Shown here piece by piece: positions 46,574 through 58,308 of a stretch of DNA of 64,000 nt (position 1 is the first letter of the stretch; the number at the start of each line of letters is the position of its first letter). The DNA comes from Entomortierella parvispora E1425 (taxonomy: Eukaryota; Fungi; Mortierellomycota), in NCBI GenBank assembly GCA_020891255.1, contig BQFW01000007.1, positions 868,001-932,000 of the forward strand. The letters run 5' to 3'. The notes beneath the pieces are model-generated. The model was given only the letters and a program-made list of their open reading frames with translations, was not told where the DNA came from and did not search any database. The translations under genes and the position numbers were made by a program.

Positions 46574-48805
46574 ATGGAGACTCTCCAGGGTCATGATTGG
46601 ACCTTGGCGCTCTTCGCGATCCCTCACATCAAAGAGTCGATCATCGCCCCTTTGACACCCTCCGACATTCTTCATTGCATTCTCGTCTCCCGATCTTGGA
46701 AGTCGGAATTCTACCCGTTCCTCTGGCGTTCCCTTCAAACCTCGGAAACGATCTCCTTTTTGGAGGAGGAGGAGGACGATATTAGCATCGATCAAGATCG
46801 AGAATCCCTACACCCACATCCACCACCACCACAGCAAAATCGTCAGCGACGCCTCCACAATCGATATGGAGGACGTGGAGAAGAAGAAGGTGACCGGGGA
46901 GCAGGGCTGGGGCAACGGCGGAGGGTGAGCATGAGGAGAGACATCTTCTGGACGCCGCTAAAGCTCTGCGTGTTGCAACTAAACTGTCACCTTATTCAGA
47001 CACTGCATGTCACTGGAATCAACACTTTGGAGCTACTGGGAGAAGGAGGTCTGTGCCTGAATCTCCGAGAGCTTTACTACCGTGTGGACGTGTCAACAAC
47101 GTTTGCGAGGGCGGTGACAACAACAACAACAACAACATCAACAATGACAACCAGTTCAACGTCCGCTACGCCAACAACACCCACACCAATGGCACTCTCC
47201 CACAATTTTCCCAGCACTTCCTTCGAGGACGGTGAGAGGCAAAGAGGTGTGAGCACCCTGGGGTTGGCGTCAGTAATGAAGATGATTCAACTGAACCCTC
47301 AGTTGTCCTTCCTCTCGATTGCCAATGTTTGTGTCCAAAATGAGCCAGACTTGGAGAGTTTGGAGGACATGATCCGATTGCTGGAAGTGCGAGAGTCTAT
47401 TCAGTCAGTGAGCCTGCACATGAGGGAGTCGATGGATGACGAGAGCGACGAGGACAGGATGATCGAAGATGACGAAGACAGGATGGTCGAGGACAGTCTC
47501 ATCGACGACAACGACGACCTCAGTGAAGACAGCATCTCCCTTGTTGACAGCGACATGACCCCGGCCATTACATCGATGGCGATTCCGCTAAACTTGGTCT
47601 TGGACTGGACGACACGGTTGATGAAAACCAAGACTCAGTTGATACTCAAGTGTCCTTGCAGGTCTGGCGGCTTTTCCCCATCGTGGCTCTCGGACCGAGA
47701 ACAGATTCTGGTACAGGACCTCGCCTCCAACGAACCTTTGCCGCCACACCTTCTGATGGCCAAGATCCTTCAAGAATGTTCAGAACAGTCGAGGCTACAG
47801 GTTGAAGATCTGGATCTTTGTTGGACCTACAGGAACGACAACGAGGATGTGATGGGCGCTGGCGCCTCCCTCTCCTCACCATCGTCTTTACAGACCTCAA
47901 CCGTGCTCCATCAGGGAGTCTTCCCAGCGTTTTCGAGCCTCATTCAACGCATCCCTCGGCTACGACTCCAAATCGCCGATGCTGGAACGAGAGAACGTCC
48001 ATCGTGGCTTCAAAGTCGAGTCTCTCACCAAGGCCACTGGAATATCGACGGTACTATGGACGATGGAGCTCTTGCTGCACTATTAAAGACGTGCGAACAA
48101 CCTCTCCGTCACCTCCGGATCTCAACGACTGCTTCACACACCATGGCTGGACCATGGTCACAGATACCCGGGCGCCAGTCCATGGAACAGCTTTTACTTC
48201 GGCACGCTGAATCACTAGAGTACCTCGAGGTTCGCCATGCCGCCTCCTCCATCGTCAGCACCGAAGTCAAAAACATCAACGCAGGAGTGTCGTACCTATC
48301 GCTTTTGAAGTGCTGCCCAAACCTGAAAGAGCTTCATATCCTGGGAGGTTGCTGGACAACCACGACCCACGAATTGGAGCGCCAACTCGCCAACAAATCT
48401 CGTACCTGGGCTTGTCAAGGACTTCGAGCCCTGACGATCCCTATCGTTCATGATAGTCATGGTATGGAGGGTCTTCGAATCACGGACAGTGGAGATGACC
48501 TGGATACACTTCGAGAGTCAGAGGCGCGGGAACGAGCGTGGTCCGGTCACCAAGTCCTCTATGATCAGTTGAACAGGACCTTCCCTCGACTCGAATACCT
48601 GAGCATCACGACGCTCGACTCTTCACCCTCGTATGGCTGTTCTTGTGCTTCCACACCGTTGTCATCCCTGTGTCATTACTCGTCCATGTCGCCTTCTACT
48701 TCACAATCATCCTTATCTTCCCTGTCTTCGTATCAAGAGCTGGCTCTGGCCCAGGATAGGGAGCCCACCCCATCGGAATGGTCCTGCAACGACATGATCG
48801 AGTAA
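46574..48805 (+). CDS. F-box/LRR-like protein (743 aa, intronless)
   Basis: N-terminal LFAIPHIKESIIAPLTPSDILHCILVSRSWKSEFYPFLW, LKCCPNLKELHI and TWACQGLRALTI motifs, with acidic and Thr-rich insertions. Confidence 0.82.
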   Translation: METLQGHDWTLALFAIPHIKESIIAPLTPSDILHCILVSRSWKSEFYPFLWRSLQTSETISFLEEEEDDISIDQDRESLHPHPPPPQQNRQRRLHNRYGGRGEEEGDRGAGLGQRRRVSMRRDIFWTPLKLCVLQLNCHLIQTLHVTGINTLELLGEGGLCLNLRELYYRVDVSTTFARAVTTTTTTTSTMTTSSTSATPTTPTPMALSHNFPSTSFEDGERQRGVSTLGLASVMKMIQLNPQLSFLSIANVCVQNEPDLESLEDMIRLLEVRESIQSVSLHMRESMDDESDEDRMIEDDEDRMVEDSLIDDNDDLSEDSISLVDSDMTPAITSMAIPLNLVLDWTTRLMKTKTQLILKCPCRSGGFSPSWLSDREQILVQDLASNEPLPPHLLMAKILQECSEQSRLQVEDLDLCWTYRNDNEDVMGAGASLSSPSSLQTSTVLHQGVFPAFSSLIQRIPRLRLQIADAGTRERPSWLQSRVSHQGHWNIDGTMDDGALAALLKTCEQPLRHLRISTTASHTMAGPWSQIPGRQSMEQLLLRHAESLEYLEVRHAASSIVSTEVKNINAGVSYLSLLKCCPNLKELHILGGCWTTTTHELERQLANKSRTWACQGLRALTIPIVHDSHGMEGLRITDSGDDLDTLRESEARERAWSGHQVLYDQLNRTFPRLEYLSITTLDSSPSYGCSCASTPLSSLCHYSSMSPSTSQSSLSSLSSYQELALAQDREPTPSEWSCNDMIE

Positions 48806-48988
48806 AAGAAAGAAAAAAAGACATCAAAACAAACTGGACAATAAACAAGAAGAGTTGCCAAACTTTTGCATGGATTTATTAGGATGTCAGGCATTATTAC
48901 GAAGAGAGATAGCAAGAACTTGAACGACGTTGAGAGGAATCGATTGTCCCCCATAGAGTATAGAACGAGGGAAAAAAACCAATATATT

Positions 48989-50410
48989 TTAAGCGACCTG
49001 CAGCAATCCACCAAAGTCGTTCCCAGCCTTCAATTTACGCGCATTTGCCTGTCGCGTCATTTCCTTCTCGGGATTGCTACGGTGATGGTCCCCTGAAGAC
49101 GATGTCCGGGGCGACACCTCAGGAGACGACGAGGCCGAGGAGGACGTGGAGGATGAATCCATGACCAGGTCAGGAGGGGAAGACGAACGGGGTGTGGACG
49201 AGAACAACAAAGAATCCAAGACATCGTCGGACAGGAATGCGGCTGTGCGACTGGTGGAGGCTTCTTTCTTGAACAGGACGTCATTATGATCGTAGCCATA
49301 GTTGACCATGTCTTCGTCGTCTTCATTGTCCAAATCGAGTCCACCCCAGGTGGGTTTTGAACCAGTAAGGAAGGACAGCTGAGCGCGTGCACGGTGCCGG
49401 CTCTTCTTGGATTCAATCTCCTTGGCAGTGAGTTGTCTGCCACCGCTGATAACTGGGATCCCTTGGTTCGCTCTCGAGAGATTCGTAGGCAAGGATGAGG
49501 AAGGGGCAGGGTTGTGTTTTGTGACGGTTTGGAAGAGGGTCTGTTCTTTGTTGGGGGTTTGAACAGCTGAGCTGGAGGGGGGCGTGGACAGGTTATCAGC
49601 TGCTTGGGCAACAGGGGTCGCTGTCCTTGCGATTTTTGTTCCGGGGATATTCTTAGCCATCACGGCTTGGCCTTCTTGCTCTCTCATGGCCCGAGCATCT
49701 AGTGTCGGTGCTCGCTTTTGCTGAGCAACATCAGTCGAAGCAGCAGCAGCAGTAACAGGGACAACCCTAATAGAGTTTGTCGTCTGTCGAGTAAAAGTCG
49801 AAGGGATGGACTGGTGACGACTTGTTGCCATCGAGGACGCTCCATGACCACCCCTTCCTTTGATCCTTCTCCGGAGGCTACTGTGAACTGGGTCCGAGAA
49901 CATGCCCGGGCTAATCGTCGAATTGACAGACAGCAAATTGTCCACTCGTTCTGGTGGCGTCTGCAAAAGAATCCTTTCAAAGAAATCGCCTTCCAACTCC
50001 TTCATGTTCTCCTTGAACCCTTTGTCGATCGGGGCTGGAGGAATGAAATACCCTCGATCGTTGACGGTGCTCAATTGGTAATCCTGCAGTGTTTGTTCTC
50101 GCTCGACTGCGGCAACGTAGCGGTCCACGGCTGTGGGAGACACAGAGGTGGTGGTGGTTGTGGTGGCGCCGTTACTGCTGCGCAAGGGACTTAAGGTACC
50201 GGCGAGAGTCAACGGGTTAAAGATAGAAGAGTCGATCCTTGGAAAGGACTTGGGGGATGGTGTTTGGGCAATGGAGTGTCTGCGAGTGGTGCTGGGTTTG
50301 GTGTTTGTGCCACCGCCGCCCAACATGGTACGGATCGTTGCGAGGCCAGCTCGAGGTGCGGTCATGATGGTGTTGGCCAGTGGCGAAGGCGAAACGATCT
50401 GTGTCGACAT
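48989..50410 (-). CDS. Hypothetical S/T/P-rich protein
   Basis: Long open frame with coding-like composition starting at ATG 50410 (MSTQIVSPSP...). The upstream part of the ORF-track entry is a pyrimidine-rich UTR. No family recognised. Confidence 0.7.
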   Translation of the reverse strand: MSTQIVSPSPLANTIMTAPRAGLATIRTMLGGGGTNTKPSTTRRHSIAQTPSPKSFPRIDSSIFNPLTLAGTLSPLRSSNGATTTTTTSVSPTAVDRYVAAVEREQTLQDYQLSTVNDRGYFIPPAPIDKGFKENMKELEGDFFERILLQTPPERVDNLLSVNSTISPGMFSDPVHSSLRRRIKGRGGHGASSMATSRHQSIPSTFTRQTTNSIRVVPVTAAAASTDVAQQKRAPTLDARAMREQEGQAVMAKNIPGTKIARTATPVAQAADNLSTPPSSSAVQTPNKEQTLFQTVTKHNPAPSSSLPTNLSRANQGIPVISGGRQLTAKEIESKKSRHRARAQLSFLTGSKPTWGGLDLDNEDDEDMVNYGYDHNDVLFKKEASTSRTAAFLSDDVLDSLLFSSTPRSSSPPDLVMDSSSTSSSASSSPEVSPRTSSSGDHHRSNPEKEMTRQANARKLKAGNDFGGLLQVA

Positions 50411-51989
50411 CGTTTCTATTCGATTTGTATTAAGACGAGGGGGGACGGAACGCAAGAATGAAAATAAAATAAAAAAATAAAAAAACGTTACAGAAGTAAA
50501 AACGAAAGAAAGAAGGGCAAAGAGATGGAACAGTGGGCAGATCGTTGAGATGTGGAGAGAAGAGAGGAGTGAAAAGAAAGAGGAGAGAGAAGAAAGAAAG
50601 GTAATAATGAACTGAAGGAATCGGTCAGTCCGCAAGGAGAAGCTTAAAACGCGAGCAAAAAAAAAAAAAAAAAAAAGCCCGGTGACAGAGGTTCGTCTTG
50701 ATAGCGGGTGACCAGCAGGGGGTGCGTTTGAACAAAAGGAGGTTTTTTTTTGGGACCAGGGCAATGATTACGAAAAACAGTGGGCAGGGGGGAGATACCC
50801 TTTGGATGACAGAGGTTGTTGAGACTTTAACCAGGGACGGGGCAGGAAGGAAACAGCGAAAGAAAAGTGAAGGAGCGAGCAGCAGGACAAACAAAATGAT
50901 CCAAGCGGTGGGCTGCGGTTGTCCCTGGAAGCAAACGCACGGCCAACGTGCATGTCGACATGCACTCTGTCCTGTCTGCACTGTGCCTCCTCGTTCCTTT
51001 CTACTTTCTGCCCCACCCCACCAGCGGAAAATAGTTATAGGGGTCTCTTGCAGATGTGTTCAGGGCGGACACATCACGAGAGACGCCTTTATGTGGTGTC
51101 AATGCGAATGGAGATGGTGACAAGGAGTGATTTTTTTGCCTTTTTTCTTTCCAAGACCATGTGCGCACACATGGTTCTGTCAATGGTGCCTGAATGGTGC
51201 AGGGGTCGTCTCGCGCTTTTTTTTTTTTTTTTTTTGGTCCCTGTGAGAACAAATATCTCGTTCCTTGACGTCAGTTCCTATGTGCTCAACAGCGTTGTTC
51301 GTACGATCCAGAGTGATTGATGCAACGATATCCCTTTGGCGAGCTGGCTTGCTGTTGTCATCACCGAGAATGGGAGTTGCTGACTACGACCACTAGTAGC
51401 CATCGGAAACGCGCCTTGGCCAAGGAATTCTATGGTTGATACGGATAAAGCGCATTCGTTGAGCCGGTTATAGAGACTTTCCGAAAAAAAGCCTCATTCT
51501 GGAGCAGGTGAGGACAGACTGGGAAAGTAGGCTAGCTGCTGGTTCATGGACATGCTGAGAACTGCAGGCAGTACTTGGGCGCTAAGAATGTGGTTAGAGA
51601 GAGCACAAGGGTCATGTTTTTGGCAAATGCAATGCACAGATGCACAGAATCAACAAGGGCCGTGGTGATTTCAGACATATCATTCATTAATACCTCACAC
51701 TAGCGCACCTTGCGATTGCCTTTTCACGAGAGCTCGGGTCAATGCCTCTGAAGTGTTTCGATATCGATCATGATAGCTCGACAGTATAAGGTAACTGAGC
51801 TCCCGTGTGAAGGGAGAGCTATCGTTGAGGTGAAGGCGCGTCGACTTTGGGCGAAGCAAATCGTGTCCGTGACCGTCTTCCTCTTCGCCACCAATACTCA
51901 CAGGAGACTGACGAACGAAGGACGAGCAGAGCAAAGTACAAACACACTGCATGGTCAGGAAATAAGGAAGAAGGTATATTGTCGATCAG

Positions 51990-53072
51990 CTAGTTTACAC
52001 GGCTATCTTTCTGTTCTTTTTGCAATCGCAAAGCTCTAATGTCTTTTTCCAGGGTCAGAAGCTTTTGCTGAACTGTCGCCATCTGTGCTGCATCCTCAAG
52101 ACCTAATGAGAGAACAGAGAACTTCACATTAGCAGATGTTACAGGCGTACTTTTTTTTCCCGACCGGCTCGAGGCTCTAGAACGGCACGATGGTTCCATA
52201 CCTCGTCTGAAAACAGTTTGAGCGGCGCGCAGAGACCCCGGTACAAAGACGCCGAACCACATCAAGGGATCCGGGTTTCGTTCCTTCTTTTTCGCCTTGG
52301 GTGCTGTAGCAGAACCAGTGGAAGACGATGAGGACGAGTCCATTGCCGATTGGGTAGCCTCCTTCTTCTTTAGCTCATCATCACTAACGATGGAAGATAC
52401 GCTGGAATCGGTCTTGTTGCCGCCACGTCTCCTCAATCCCGATCCGAACCCATTCTCACTGCTGATGGATGGGTTTATGTGTGTTTCCTGATTTTCTTTG
52501 TCTTGATCCTTCTGCGAGTCCAAAGAATCCTCTCTGCTGAGTCTTCGTGCCAACAAATCCTCGACCTGGATATCACCCTTCATCACAGATCTGACAAAAG
52601 AAAATGGCCCCAAAAAAAGTTGAAACGGAAAGGAAGCATAGGTTAGTCCCATGCTAGACTTTGTATGGGGAAGTTCGTACGTGAAAACCAATAGTCGAAC
52701 TTACACGCCTCGAAGAGCTTTCATGCGGAGGTCGTAGCAATCAGCCGAGACGTTCTTGGGGCCCATGATATACTTTGCTTGAGATATTTGCTCGCGCCCC
52801 TACAAGAATGCGTGTTTGAAAGAGAAGGAGAGAGGCGGTTGTTCAGCAAAGTCATCTATTGGTAATGAATGCTGCTCTTTACCCCTGCTCCTGACGTGAT
52901 GCCTTCATACCTCTTGAAACTTCTCAGAGATACGTGTCCAAGCCGAGAGATAGTCCTGCACTAAACTCATGTACTGTAGAACGAGCTGATCAAGCTCCTG
53001 GCAGAGTACATCGGACGCAGAAATCGCAATGTCGCTGGTTGCCTGACTGGGTTGCTCTTGAATGTGCGGCAT
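51990..53072 (-). CDS. VMA22: V-ATPase assembly factor Vma22/CCDC115
   Basis: Exons 53072-52911, 52799-52705, 52590-52202, 52102-51990. ELDQLVLQYMSLVQDY...GREQISQAKYIMG...YDLRMKA and DPLMWFGVFVPGSLRAAQTVFRRGLE...QQKL are CCDC115-family motifs. Confidence 0.85.
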
Positions 53073-53551
53073 CCTGATGTTGGTTGATGAGAAAATGAGA
53101 ATGAACAGAGCTGATTCACCCCCCCATGCGTGTGAAGTCGACGAAAGGGGGCATCCTTGCGACTTAAGGGTGTGATGAATGTGACGACTGCTGCTGGATC
53201 GGGCTCCTCTTGACGCGCGACGTTTTGGCGCGCTTGGCCGCCTCGGTTCAGTATCTGAAGGTCAAGCCAGATGCTGGAGACCAACGAGACTCGTTGTTGA
53301 CAGCGAACTTTCTTCTCATGTGCAGATAAGTGAATCTCAGTTCAAAAAGAGGTACAGATTCATGAACAATCAACTTTTTTTTTTCTTCATGTCCTGTTTC
53401 CCTTCACCTGGTCAGGGGGCTTGGTTTCCTATAGTCGCATCTGATCATACCTCCATGGTCATATTTCATGCTGGGTATTTATTGGTCACGGATGAAGAGT
53501 GCAGGAGAGAAGCCAAAAAAAAAAAAGAGAAAGAACTTTCTGGAAGGAGGA

Positions 53552-54244
53552 TTACAAGACGGCCAGATTTTCAATGGTCTGGTCCATTTCGCTCTTGATT
53601 GCATCGTACTCTTTCGTCAAATCCTGAGCTTTGGTTTCAAACACCTTGCATTCATTCTCCAGTTTATGAACTCGCCTTTCGTACTGTTCCGTCTTTATAT
53701 CCATCTCCCGTACCCTAACATGGTTTTCAACATACGACAAAAAGAGGTCTGTCAGTCCACTTGCTCGTTCCACTTTCTTTGCAAGTGCTGTTTTTTTTTG
53801 CTCTTGAGAATCTTACTTTTCAGTTGCCTCACGAAGGCTACGTGAGACAGTATCCAGCTCCGTTTCCAAGTCTGCCACCTTCTTTGCGTTTTCTTCGCCC
53901 TCTGTCTTTCGCACTTCTCCTTGGTCCAAAGTTTCCTTGTTCTCTCTCATCTTTTGTTCGGCCTTGTCGAGGGCCTTTTCCACCCGCTCCAATTTGACCT
54001 GGAGAGAAAGCATTTCGTGCCCCTTGTGAATGTTTTCATCAATGATTTTCTTCTTTAGCTGCTCGGCGGCGTCAGCTCGAGCAATATGAGCTTGGGCTTC
54101 CTCACGAAGTTGAATGAGTTTCTGTGACAGAGAACAAAAGGGAAAAAAAATCCCCTCGGAGATGGGGTTAGCTCAATAGGATCCTTTGGACAGTTTAAGA
54201 CGAGAGGAGTGGGGTATTTGCTTTACCGTCTTGAAGTTTTCCAT
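53552..54244 (-). CDS. TPM1: Fungal tropomyosin (161 aa)
   Basis: Exons 54244-54227, 54121-53817, 53714-53552 give 161 aa of continuous heptads. ARADAAE...LREATEKVREMDIKTEQYERRVHKLE resembles S. pombe Cdc8 in length and motif. Confidence 0.82.
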
Positions 54245-54752
54245 TGTGAAGTGTCGAGAGAGGAGTGATCTTAGGAAGTCTAGTGTTGGAGGGAGAGAAA
54301 GAAAGAGGGAGAAAAAAAAGAGGAAAAGACAAAAAGTAAACGTCCTCGACTTTTTTGCCCAACAACACCGATCGAGGTTCCCACACCAACGTGTTTTCGG
54401 TTCACTTGCTTGGTCACTCTTTTTTGCTCTTTCGGCATGCTAATGAATGCACAGCTATCCTATTGTTACTTCAAGGAGACCCTTTCCAATGTCAGCCCCG
54501 TCTTTTCTCTCCTCTCTCTCTCTCTCTTTTTTTTATCTACCTTTCTCTCTCTCTCTTTTGTCCCTTTCGTTCTTCCTTGCCTTGTTGTTTTGTCTGGCTT
54601 GTGGTTGACTTGCAGCCCTTCAGCCTTGCATGCATCTTCTCCATTCCAATATGCAAATTGTGCGCGTATCTGTATGTGTGTGTGTGTGCGTGTGTATGTG
54701 TGTGCTTTGGGTTTTTGCTTGTTTATTGTTTCTCTAGAGCAAGTCTTTTTGT

Positions 54753-57700
54753 TCAAAAGTAGCAAAAACCATCGTCCTCAGAAACGACCGACTCGCAATC
54801 GTTGTTGACGTTGTTCCATCCCTCCAATTGCTGCTGAAGCTTATGCTGCTGTTCCTTGGACAGCTGGAGTTCAATGAATGAGGCCCGGCGGGGAGGTTGC
54901 TCCGCCGGTGGGGGGGCCAACATCTGGCATGCAGTGCCGTCACTGTTCTTTTCCTGCATCTTCTTTTGAAGGGGTTGGTAATGGTCCAAATCATCATAGC
55001 CATAGCGGCTGATTCGTTGGATGGGAGTCGACGAGGGGTCCTCTTGGGTGAAAGCCTTTTCGTCTTTGGAGCCAGTAGCAGCTTGATGGGCAGTGCGCTC
55101 TTGCTGTTCTTGGATCTCGCGCTCCACCTCGGCGGGCAGGCACAAGGCTGCTCGAAGGGCCTGACCCTCGCGTGTACCGCTGGGTTCAGGTGTGCTGGGC
55201 TCGAGGCTCGTGTCAAAGAAGGAGCGGGTCGTTGACACAGTCAACTCCAGGAGCATCAGGCTGTCCAAGGCTGCAGCTGCTGCCGAAATGGCGTTTGTGT
55301 TGTTTCTAGTCGTGGCCACCGACGCCGATGGGGTGCTCGCGCTGGTTTGCTGGTGGGTCTCGGGCACGAAGGGTGCTGAGCCTTGCTCAGGGAAAGAAGA
55401 GCGACGCGCGGGAAGAGCAATGGTTTGAGGCTCGTCACTCTCATCCAGAGGACCCAGAGGTGCCATGATCTTGACTGGGGGCAAGTCCACCGAGTTTTCT
55501 TGGTTGTTGGAGAGGCTAACATCGGGATCGTGGATGGGCAAGGAGGAATAGGTTGATCCGTGGAGACTCAAGGATGGATCAGAGACGGATGGGGTCAGCT
55601 TGTAACCAGAGTCTGAAGCGGTGGCAGCGCCTGGTGCAGTCGCGGAGGCATTGGCGCCGCCGGCAATAGATGGACTGGGGACAAGGCCAAGACCGAGTCC
55701 CAGATCGGGTCCTTGCTGTCCGTACAAGATGGATGCAGGAGGAGATGGACGAGTGGCGACAGGCGCAATGAATGCAGCAGCAGCAGCAGCTCTGACAGCA
55801 GCGATGGTAGCAGAGCTCAACTCAGGAACTGAAGGACGCTTGAGAATACTCAAAAGCGGTGTGGGCCCTGTTCGCATGTGCGAACGAGGAGACAAATGCG
55901 GGAAGCGCGATGAGATCATGTTGCTCGATGATGGGGCTCCAGACGTAGCGGCGACTGCAGCTGCAGCTGCAGTAGATGCCTTGTGCAGCTCAGGAACAGA
56001 GAGGTTCAATAGTCCTGGGTACGAGTCGCGGTTACTAGGCATGTTGGCCAAAGTAGGGAAGGAGTCCTTGTTGAGGTCGGGAGTGTTTGTCAGATTATCA
56101 TAAGAGTCGCGGTTGGTGCGAGAGGCGGCATCCTCAGAGGAGAGCTGCGTCCTCTGCCAGCGCGAGAGTCGCTTAACGTTGAGCAGATGGGGAGCAGGAA
56201 CATCATCTTTATCATCATCTTGCTCTTCCTCTTCATCGTCATCGTTCACATGATCAAGAACGAGCTTGCCCTTGGGGTTGCGCAGATCCATGTGGATACC
56301 AAGACCAGAGTGTGCCATCAACTCCATGCCAAAGGACCGGTGCCTGATCTGAGCCAAAGGCACGTTGTCGTCATCGCGTCCATAGGTTCTTGGACGTCTC
56401 ATACCCTCACGATGGCTGTGGAGCTGAGGTGCACTAGCACGTCTGGTGCCCAACTTCTCCATCGCCAATTGAGGTGGAGGCAGGTAGTTGTCGTTGGGGG
56501 GCAACCATCTTCTGCGGCTTTGGTTGTTGAAGGATGAGATGGGGCCCTCACGATCCTCCTCGTCATCCTGATCACTGAACTCAACAAAGACGCGTTCGCC
56601 AGAGGATCGAAGAAGAGGAAGACCGTGCAGGCGACTCTGGCGGCGTGAGGGCATCTTTCCTTGACCCAGAACGTCATTGTCTGGCTCAATGGAATGGATG
56701 GACTCTGTCTCCTCAATCAGCAAGGGCGAAAGGAGACTACGGCGCCATTGATCAATCGCAGCAGCCTTGGCTGGCTCCATTGTGCCGGCGCAGGGCCAGA
56801 CAATAGTAGGCTGCTGATTATTGTTCAAGGCCAGAACACAGGATGAAGATGCGGACCGGACAATTTCTGTTGTTGGCATCGACACCAACTCCTGGCTCCA
56901 AGTTTCTCCGGCGCAGCCTTTCCCTTGACGCTCCAAAGAATCCTTTCTTTGGAGGGCGTTACTGCCGTCGTTGTTGCGACTATTGTCAACTTCTCCTGAA
57001 AGAACTGAGGGCGGAGTTGTCAGGAGCTGTGAATGGATGTGATGACTTTGACGACCGTGTGTGTTTCGTAATTTTGGCTCCTCGTTTTGCCGGCGTTTGA
57101 TATTATAAGGCTCCTCCGCAATGGTCGCCGTAACTGTGTTTGAGTTTGGTTTGTCATCCCTTCGCAGGAGAGAGCGCGAATTGCCAAAGGACGTCGAAGG
57201 GCCAGCGGGCCAGTCTAGTCCCTGAGGAAGGAAAGCGGACACTCGGGGGAGCGGCAACTGGTACCTTAAAAAGCTCTCACGGGCTTTAGGTCCAGGAGAC
57301 GATGGGCGGGTATGAAAGTGCCGATCATGTTGTTGTTGCTGTTGTTGAGGCGATCGTGGCTGAGGAGGCTGATGATCGTGTGCATCAAAGGACACTGGAT
57401 GTGGCTGCTCTTGATGTTGTCTTTGGAGGTACTTGCTAAAGAGGTGCTCCGATTGTTGGTGTGCAGGCAAGAGACGTGCTGTGGGGGGTGACAAAGGAGG
57501 CTGAAACTGCGGGCCAAGGACAGGTGAAGAAGGGGAGCCATGATGTTGACCATTGGGATGCTGGTGTTGTTGCTGCTGCTGTTGTTGTTGTAGCCTGGAG
57601 TCTACGGGGATATCCTCCTTATCAAGCCCCGTAGCAGCGCCAGCGTTAAAGGCTCTCATGGCCTGATCGGAGGCATGCTGCAGCAATTGCTGGTACGACC

Positions 57701-58308
57701 AGATTTTAGCCAAAATAAAATACCACCTTTCCAGCTCCAAGTCCTTCTTGGCCCTCAAGGTGAGCGTGCGGCCATCATTCGTTTGGATCAACAGTGAGCG
57801 TGAGCTATCTGTGCTAGGGAAACACCGGTAGGTCTTTGAGTGCGACAAGAGTCGAATGTCGGCCACTGAGGTTATGTTGATTGACCACTTTGTGTTTGGG
57901 TTCTGAGGAGGTTGTTGAGTATGTTGTTGAGGACTGGAAACAAAAGGTGAAGAGATATGGGGGTTGTAGGTTGAAATAACAGGTGCTCTTGGTCGACGAC
58001 CCACGCAGTTCAATACTGTGAGTTGGAAGAAAGAAAAAAAAAAAAAAAAAAGTCGCGCGAACGCGTGTTAAAAAAAAGAATGATAAAAAAAAAGTTTGTG
58101 GAGTTGCAATGGTCTTTTGAGTTTGACCATCTCTTTGTCCTACGTTACCTGAACCATCGAATGTGAAGAGACGCGATTGCCAGCGGTCGTTTGACCCCAA
58201 TTTTAAAAGGTGGCCGCTGTAGATAGGGCTTGGTGATGGAAAACTCTCTCGGTTGAAGGCCGGAGTCCATTGCATGGAACGACCGGCTCTTGTCTTTGTG
58301 ATAGGCAT
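54753..58308 (-). CDS. PH-domain protein with long disordered C-terminus
   Basis: Exons 58308-58149 and 58015-54753. IYSGHLLKLGSNDRWQSRLFTFDGS|VLNC...WSINITSVADI...LLIQTNDGRTLTLRAKKDLELERWYFILAKIW is a PH fold pattern; several RRxS sites follow downstream. Confidence 0.8.
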
